Assembly (NCBI GenBank): GCA_951406725.2
Contig: OX597817.1
Location: 53,010,001-53,074,000 of the forward strand
Direction of reading: 5' to 3'
DNA from: Octopus vulgaris
Taxonomy: Eukaryota
Length of the DNA: 64,000 nt
Shown here: one piece after another, positions 11,996 through 64,000 of the stretch
How positions within the stretch are numbered: position 1 is the stretch's first letter
How the letters are laid out: each line of letters begins with the position of its first letter
Made by a program: the position numbers and the translations under genes
Notes under the pieces: generated by a model
What the model saw: only the letters and a program-made list of their open reading frames with translations
What the model was told of the DNA's origin: nothing
Database searches by the model: none

Positions 11996-12719
11996 CATTA
12001 TCATTTTTCTCCGTCGATCAAATCAGATAATTCCAATAATGGAAAAGTAATGTTTCAAATCCGCCCAGAAATCTTTCTATGCTCATTCGTTCTGGTGACG
12101 AAGTTTTTCACGAGGTTCTTTAAAGCGTTTTCATTTCTCGTCCCCAAAATTTTAGTGGGTGCATGTGCACCCCCATGGAACCCCTATTCTCGAACCTATG
12201 GTAATACTATTTATTTTTGGCTACCTTACGCTGGATACATATCCACATTTAATTCTAAGGGCCATATACTATTAATATACGAAGAGGTTTTAGGTTAGAC
12301 CATGTTCCTCTCTCTCTCTTTCTCTCTCGCTGTCTGTCTGTCTGTCTCTCTCAGGTGCATTCCGTTATGCCTGAATGTCTGGTTCTGTTTGCACAGTGCA
12401 TGCGCACTGATTATATTATTACTGCACTGAATCACACACACCTACTTCGTTTAAAGAAGGCATTCACCTCGGAGAGGGTTCCAACCGCTTTCATATCTCA
12501 TTGTAATTCGATACAGCGTTACTATAAAACGTCGAGTCCTGTCTGTTGCAGCTTCTGTTCCCCGCCCCCGCCACCACTACCTTAAGCAACCCTCAAACCG
12601 GGAGAAAGAGTTTTTTAGTAGAGACAATTTATGTTTGATGAAAAGAAGTTTCACAATTAAAAGAACGTCACAAATGTAAAAAGAAAAACCAAAAACTGAA
12701 ATAAAAAATAACGAACAAA

Positions 12720-13130
12720 CGTGGCTGTGTGGTAAGTAGCTTGCGTATGAACCACAAGGTTCCGGGTTCATTCCCACTGCGTGGCACCTTGGGCAAGTGT
12801 CTTCTACTATAGCCTCGGGCCGACCAAAGCCTTGTGGGTGGATTTGGTAGACGGAAACTGAAAGAAGCCCGTCGTATATATGTATATATATGTGTGTATG
12901 TGTGTGTGTGTATGTGTGTGTCTGTGTTTGTGTGTCTGTGTTTGTCCTCCCAACATCGCTTGCCAACCGATGCTGGTGTGTATACGTCCCCGTCACTAGC
13001 GGTTTGGCAAAAGAGACTGATAGATTAAGTACTAGGCTTACAAAGAATAAGTCCTGGGGTCGATTTGCTCGACTAAAGGTGGTGCTCCAGCATGGCCACA
13101 GTCAAACGACTGAAACAAGTAAAGAGTAAA
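12720..13130 (+). mobile_element. SINE family B
   Basis: Full-length copy. Confidence 0.88.
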
Positions 13131-13349
13131 CGAAAACAGAAATTAAGCGTTAATCTCACACAGTTCGATATGTAATTGCTAATTACAATAAAATGATTGT
13201 TATCGAACTTCTCTACATTTCAACAAGTTTTCCACTTTCAGCAAAATGATTAATTCGCGGAAATGAAAAGTTTGCAACGAACTTCGGGACTTTGCCGATA
13301 TTTCATCTTCTGATTTCTCATCCCGTTTTCCAATTATATGCTGCACGTG

Positions 13350-13580
13350 AAGGTGGTGAGCTGGCAGAATCGTTAGCACGCCGGGCGAAATGCTTAGCAG
13401 TATTTCGTCTGCCGCTACGTTCTGAGTTCAAATTCCACCGAGGTCGACTTTGCCTTTCATCCTTTCGGGGTCGATTAAATAAGTACCAGTTACGCACTGG
13501 GGTCGATATAATCGACTTAATCCGTTTGTCTGTCCTTGTTTGTCCCCATTATGTTTAGCCCCTTGTGGGCAATAAAGAAA
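13350..13580 (+). mobile_element. SINE family A
   Basis: Same head and core as 1636-2200. Confidence 0.85.
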
Positions 13581-14751
13581 TATATATGCTGCACGTGTAC
13601 GTACACACACACATACGCTTTTCGAGATTTAGTGTATGTTTTGCTAATACAATATAGTTTCTATATTCTGGGTTCAAATCGTACAGAGATGGGCTTTTTT
13701 CATCTTCCCGTGTTTAATAATTTTTTTTTATTTGTGCGCCCTTTTCAAGCCTATCCAGGCTCAAGGGTCCGGCTTCCTGGTTTCTGTGGCGTATGTGTTC
13801 CCCCCACTCCAGCTGGACGGCACCCAGTCCATCGCAGCGTTTCTCAAGAAACAGGAAGAAAGAGCGAGAGAGAGTTGAGGTGAAAGAGTACAACAGGGGT
13901 CGCCACCCACCTCTGCCGGAGCCTCGTGGAGCTTTAGATGTTTTCGCTCAATAAACACACACAACGCCCGGTCTAAGAATTGAAACCGCGATACTCCGAC
14001 CGCGAGTTCGCTGCCCTAACCACTGCGCTAATGCGCCTTCACGTTTGATAAAATAAACACCATTAAAATATTGTTATCTCAATTCAATCGAACAAATACA
14101 ATGGGGGCAATTATTCAGATCGGAGTTTGTCTTGGGGTTGCAGACTATCTATAAACGTCAAGTATGGCTGGACTGTTTATTGAATTAAGTGTTCAGTAAA
14201 AGCATTTTTCTTGAGGAGTGTGAAGTCTAAACGCTTAGGGCTTCTGTCTTCTGTCTAAGGGTTACCTTTCTTGTATGCTGCTTTTCAAGTTTTAACTCCA
14301 CAAGAGGGAGTTTTTGTTTACTAACTGCATACGACCAGAATCTGAATCTTGTATAAGACGATGCACATTCAGTTGATCTATCCAAGGAGTATTAACTTTT
14401 CTTTTGGTTCTGAGATTCTCGGCAATAAACTCACTTAATTTCTCTCCTGGTCTTCCTTCACTGGTTTGAAAAGTTGAATAAACTAGTTTGACGAAAGGAA
14501 CAAGAAAAGGGTAACGTGTCGGGCTGAACCCTTCATCTCTCACTCACTCTCTGTCTGTCTGTCTCTCTCACTCCCTTTTCTCCCCACTCCCTCTCTCTAG
14601 TTAGGGCCTCATAGAGCAACAAGAGTTACTTTGGTTTCTCTTTCTAAAGTTCTAAAGCGTCTCAATCACTCAAGATGTGATTGACAAGTAATATGTATTG
14701 TAAATTAAGTTGTTTTTGAACTGATGCAACTGTTATTGGAACCAAACTTAC

Positions 14752-59529
<44,778 letters not shown>

Positions 59530-59654
59530 TTTTGTGATAGAATGTTTCGGAATTTATTCAAAGGTAATCTGAAAAAGTATAAAGAGAAAAAAACCCTGTT
59601 AAAATATGTTTTTATAGATCGAAAATGAAAAGACATTTAGATTATAGCAATATT

Positions 59655-59856
59655 GGTTTTAAATGTTTGGCACAAGAGCAGAAAATTTGAGGGGAGGGGC
59701 TCAGTCGATTACATCGGCTCCACAGTTCAACTGGTACTTGTTTTATCGACCTCGAAACGATGAAAGGTAAATTTGATTTGACCGCGTAAAAACGGATGAA
59801 ATACCGCTAAGCATTTTGTTCGACGCGCTAACGATTCCGGCAGCTGACTGCCTTAA
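59655..59856 (-). mobile_element. SINE family A (diverged)
   Basis: Core and head recognisable. Confidence 0.7.
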
Positions 59857-59964
59857 ACTATAGAAATAATGAAGAATTAGATATGTACGTGTGTGTGTAT
59901 GTATGTATGTATGTATGTATGTATGTATGTATGTATGTATGTATGTATTTTATTATTTTTTTTC

Positions 59965-60154
59965 TTTCAGTCATTTGACTGCGGCCATGCTGCAGCTTCG
60001 CCTTTAGTCGAGCAAATCGACCCCAGTATTGATTCTTTGTAAGCCTAATACTTATTCTATCGGTCTCTTTTGCCGAACCGCTAAATTACGGGGAGGTAAA
60101 CACACCCGCATCGGTTGTCAAGCGATGATGGGGACAGACGCACAAACACACACA

Positions 60155-60185
<31 letters not shown>

Positions 60186-60350
60186 CTTCTTTCAGTTTCC
60201 GTCTGCCAAATCCACTCACAAATCCGTCTGCCAAATCCGGCCCTATTCTATAGTAGAAGACACATGCCCAAGGTGCTACGCAATGGGACTGAACCCGTAA
60301 CCATGTGGTCCGTAAGCAAACTACTTACCACACAGCCACTCCTACGCGCC
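59965..60350 (-). mobile_element. SINE family B
   Basis: Head 60300-60350, tail 59965-60005. Confidence 0.82.
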
Positions 60351-60410
<60 letters not shown>

Positions 60411-60446
60411 TTACCCACAAGGAGCTAAACATAGAGGGGACAAACA

Positions 60447-60487
<41 letters not shown>

Positions 60488-60906
60488 GCATGCATGTACG
60501 TACATAGGTGTGATGCGTGCACGTATGCAGTTTCATAAATTAGATAAGGTTATATTGCTGTTACAATGAAGAAAGACATAAATAAAACAGCGTTACGAAA
60601 TCAATATCATGGAAAATTGTTCACAGTTCGTCATATTTATTACTCAAAAAACATAATTATATATGCATCCGTCCACAGATACACACACGTGCACGCATAT
60701 ACATGTACATATATGTTAATAAGCTTGTGTATACATACGCACACAAAAAAACCTATTCAGTGGCAATACTTAGGGTAGATTGCCAACTTTTCATATCATA
60801 ATTATGCCTATCCATTCTACACAAAATACGGAGTTGTGTTTGAGATGATGTTTATACAGTGTAATATACTTGTTTTTCTGTATAATTTGTAACTTTTACA
60901 TTGATA

Positions 60907-62216
60907 CGAGGTTGTATCAAGAAGTTGCCGACTATGTTTAAAAGAAATAATTTGTTTACTCTTTACTCGTTACTCTCTTTTACACTTTTACTTGCTTCAG
61001 TCATTTGACTGTGGCCATGCTGGAGCACCGCCTTTAGTCGAGCAAATCGACCACAGGGCTTATTCTTTGTAAGCCTAGTACTTATTGTATCGGTCTCTTT
61101 TGCCGAACCGCTAAGGTTACGGGGACGTAAACACACCAGCATCGGTTGTCAAGCGATGTTGGGGGTACAAACGCAGACACACAAACATATACACACACAT
61201 ATATATACATATATACGACAGGCTTCTTTCAGTTTCCGTTTACCAAATCCACTCACGAGGCTTTGGTCGGCCCGAGGCTATAGTAGAAAGCACATACCAG
61301 AGGTGCCACGCAGTGCGACTGAACTCGGAACTATGTGGTTGGTAAGCAGGCTACTTACCACACAGCCACTCCTATATATTTACCTAAGTTTTAACACCTT
61401 CTCCTTCGAAATAGTCATCTTTCGCAGCAATACGCCGATCCCAGCATTCCTGACACTTTTGGACTCGGCATGGAGGACGTTTTCCGTAAGTGAGTCGAGG
61501 ATCTTCTTCGATTCGCTCTGGAACTCGGCCACAGTGTTAAAATGGCGACCTTTGAGCTGAATTTTCATCTTGGGAAGAGATAGAAGTCCGTAGGTGCTAA
61601 GTCTGGCGAATAGAGCAAGTGCGGACGCGACACCATGTTGTGTTTGGAGAGAAACTCACGAGTGAAGAGAACTCAATGACAAGGGTGCAGTGTCGTCGTG
61701 AAAAACTCAATTCTTCGCGCTTCACAGATCTGGTTGCTTTCGCCGAACGTCCTCCTTCAAACGTCCTCCTAAAATGTCAATGTCTTCCGATGATCTGATG
61801 AACTGTTTTCTACATTTCGGAGTGACGCTCGTGACACATCTTCCGGATCGCTCATCATCTTCCACGGGCTCCGCTTTTGAACTCCCGTGCCACTCGAAAC
61901 ATTGAGTACGACCCATTGCCACGTCGCTGTAAGCTTGCCGATGAGTTCTCAATGTCTCCCTAACAGAATTCCCAAGTTTAACGCAAAACTTCACGTTGGT
62001 TCTTTGTTCCAACTTCCTGTCCATGACAAAAATCGCAGACTGCAACATACACCTGATCACAAAAACACAAATTTCACAACTTGCGAAATAAACACAGTAA
62101 TGTCACTGAAAGCCACCTCATGAGTTCATTGCTAGCTCTTACTGGGCATGAAACTGCGCTGCCATCCATCGGGGCGCTACAGAAGTAGTCCGAGAAAATG
62201 TTTTGATACAACCTCG
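60907..62216 (-). mobile_element. Decayed mariner transposon with nested SINE (60955-61375)
   Basis: TA|cgaggttgtatcaa ... ttgatacaacctcg|TA; transposase fragments EQRTNVKFCVKLG...AYSDVAMGRTQCFEWH...VEDDERSGR (61722-62060) and LKGRHFNTVAEFQSES (61380-61568); frameshifted and internally deleted. Confidence 0.9.
60955..61375 (-). mobile_element. SINE family B nested in mariner
   Basis: Full-length copy inside the TIR-bounded element. Confidence 0.87.
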
Positions 62217-62284
62217 TATGTACTTATATACACTAGATGTGAGTGGATGGTTACTCTATGTATTTGAGGTCCTTTTATCTATGC

Positions 62285-62341
<57 letters not shown>

Positions 62342-62599
62342 GCACGCACTCACATGATTTTGTGGTTATATTCATTCTAAGAAATCGAAATGGACACAAT
62401 CTTCGGAATGCTTTACAAAGTTTCTCTGTACCACAAATCATTGGACTTTTGAGGCTGTGAGTTAATTGACTTCGTTCTTTCTTGGAAATTGCCAAAATTT
62501 TAAAGGTTTTTATGCGGTTCTTTTGTTATATAGGTCAATGTACCTATTACAATAGGTGCAAATAAGAAACTACAGCCCAGACACAAAAGCTGTAAGTTT

Positions 62600-63600
62600 C
62601 CCATTAGTTCGCCATATATAGTTTCTTTTTCTGCAGCTCTAATCGAGACTCCCATTCTCTTGTTAGCCGACTTTTACCAACGTTCTTAACTTTGGTTTCT
62701 TGTATCATAGAAAAATATTAGTTCTGTTGTTCTTAAACAAGGTAGCTGTTTTTCATGCTCCACAGGATTCTTTATTTTTACAGGTGTGGATACAATCTGG
62801 TTGTGGTATGCCTTTTCTATGACCATTGGAACAAATTCTCGCGTGGATGGTATCGCAAATAATTTTGGCGAGAATCTCATAGTTCATGGGGCTTCATAAA
62901 TTTGTGACCGTTTTAGGTAACTGCGCATAATTTGAGTGATATCTTGTCTATTAGTATGATATAGTTAACATTTTTTATCACAGCGTGCATGTTTGGAGAT
63001 ATTCTCGTCCCTCTTATTGATCAGTTATTTAATAATTGTCTCTTTGAAGAACAAAGATCTACCTTTTAGAAATGTGAAGTATATAATAACAGTTTCTGAA
63101 GAGGCTATTCTGCCTGTCAGTATTGTGGGTGTCTTCTAGCTTATAGAATATGTACCCATAATTAATTTTTGTTCGTATGATGTATTTCTTTCTAAATTTC
63201 CATTCAAGTAGGTTTGTCCATTTGTCCCTGTGTTTCATAAAACAGCTGCTCGCAACACGGGATAACGTTTTACGACTGCTTCATTTTCCCTCATGACGTT
63301 CATATTTTTGCTGTTGAGTATATATGTAATGCAATCGTTCCTCCTTTTACTGGTCAGAAGATTTTGCCCGATCTCATGCCGCTCCTTTCATCCTTCCATC
63401 TAACACAGACCATGTCGGTATCACTGCTGACATGAAAGTTATCATTGTTAGTTAATATCTTCATAGTACTGATGTCGAAGTTACAAATTTCTTCAAGTAA
63501 CTTGTCTAGTATCTCAAATGTTGATACAAACATCGGCACTGTAAAGGCATTATTTGAGAAGGTCTCATTGAAAGTAAAACATTCCGACTTCCGTACAGTT
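62600..63600 (-). pseudogene. Decayed R4/Dong-clade LINE C-terminal half
   Basis: KILTNNDNFHVSSDTDMVCVRWKDERSGM (cf. KxLT...HPxSDVDRLYxxRxxGGRGL) and DKKC*LYHTNRQDITQIMRS (decayed CCHC). Confidence 0.65.
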
Positions 63601-63647
63601 TGTATTTATTAGTCACTCTGGCTTAAATCATAACACTAATTTTATTA

Positions 63648-64000
63648 TCTTTTATATAAAATCCGTTCTGTCTGTCTGTGTGTGTGTCTTCTAGGATCTT
63701 GGGCATCCTCCATCCGATTGCGCTCAAATTTGATATGTAGATACCGACGGTATCAGGGCGTGTATAAGTCTTGAAAAAATTACACAAATCGATTCCAGGT
63801 GAGAATGCGATAGATAAAGCCGTGGGAACGTGCATTTGTAAAATCGTTTTTCTTGGAATAGGAAAAAGTTTATCATTATTTCTTCTTTTGCTGGTGTCTC
63901 AAATTTAGGCTAAATCAGTGTTTCTCAAAGGGACGGTCGGACATGTTGTTTTGAGAGAATTTGGTTTAAATGTTTGACAACTCCACATCGTCCATTGGAC
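63648..64000 (+). mobile_element. Helitron-like element 5' end (runs off window)
   Basis: A|TCttttatataaaatccgttctgtctgtctg start; homologous to 17180-17545. Confidence 0.62.

Noticed and set aside
14292-14543. 83-aa minus-strand ORF just after exon 8 as candidate exon 9
   Set aside because: No TM12 or LPET motif and no convincing phase-0 acceptor.

Overview
AT-rich, microsatellite-saturated animal DNA; the repeat families strongly suggest an octopus (inference). One spliced host gene spans the window on the minus strand: an SLC22/Orct-like organic ion transporter. I assembled 8 phase-compatible coding exons (59529->14752, 1416 nt = 472 codons, TM1-TM11); the last TM exon was not found and probably lies left of base 1. 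Introns are filled with three tRNA-type SINE families, mariner and hAT MITEs, Helitron-like elements and decayed R4/Dong, CR1-like and Penelope-like (PLE) retroelements. The most striking non-coding signal is about 14 intact-to-degenerate minimal type I hammerhead ribozyme motifs with palindromic stem III. Many lie in short elements inserted into (TA)n tracts, several capped by long fold-back palindromes: a recurring (TA)n-foldback-(ribozyme)-tail-(TA)n architecture consistent with non-autonomous PLE derivatives. A SINE/LINE pair sharing a covarying 3' stem-loop is also visible. Almost all ORFs in the supplied track are microsatellite or repeat artefacts.
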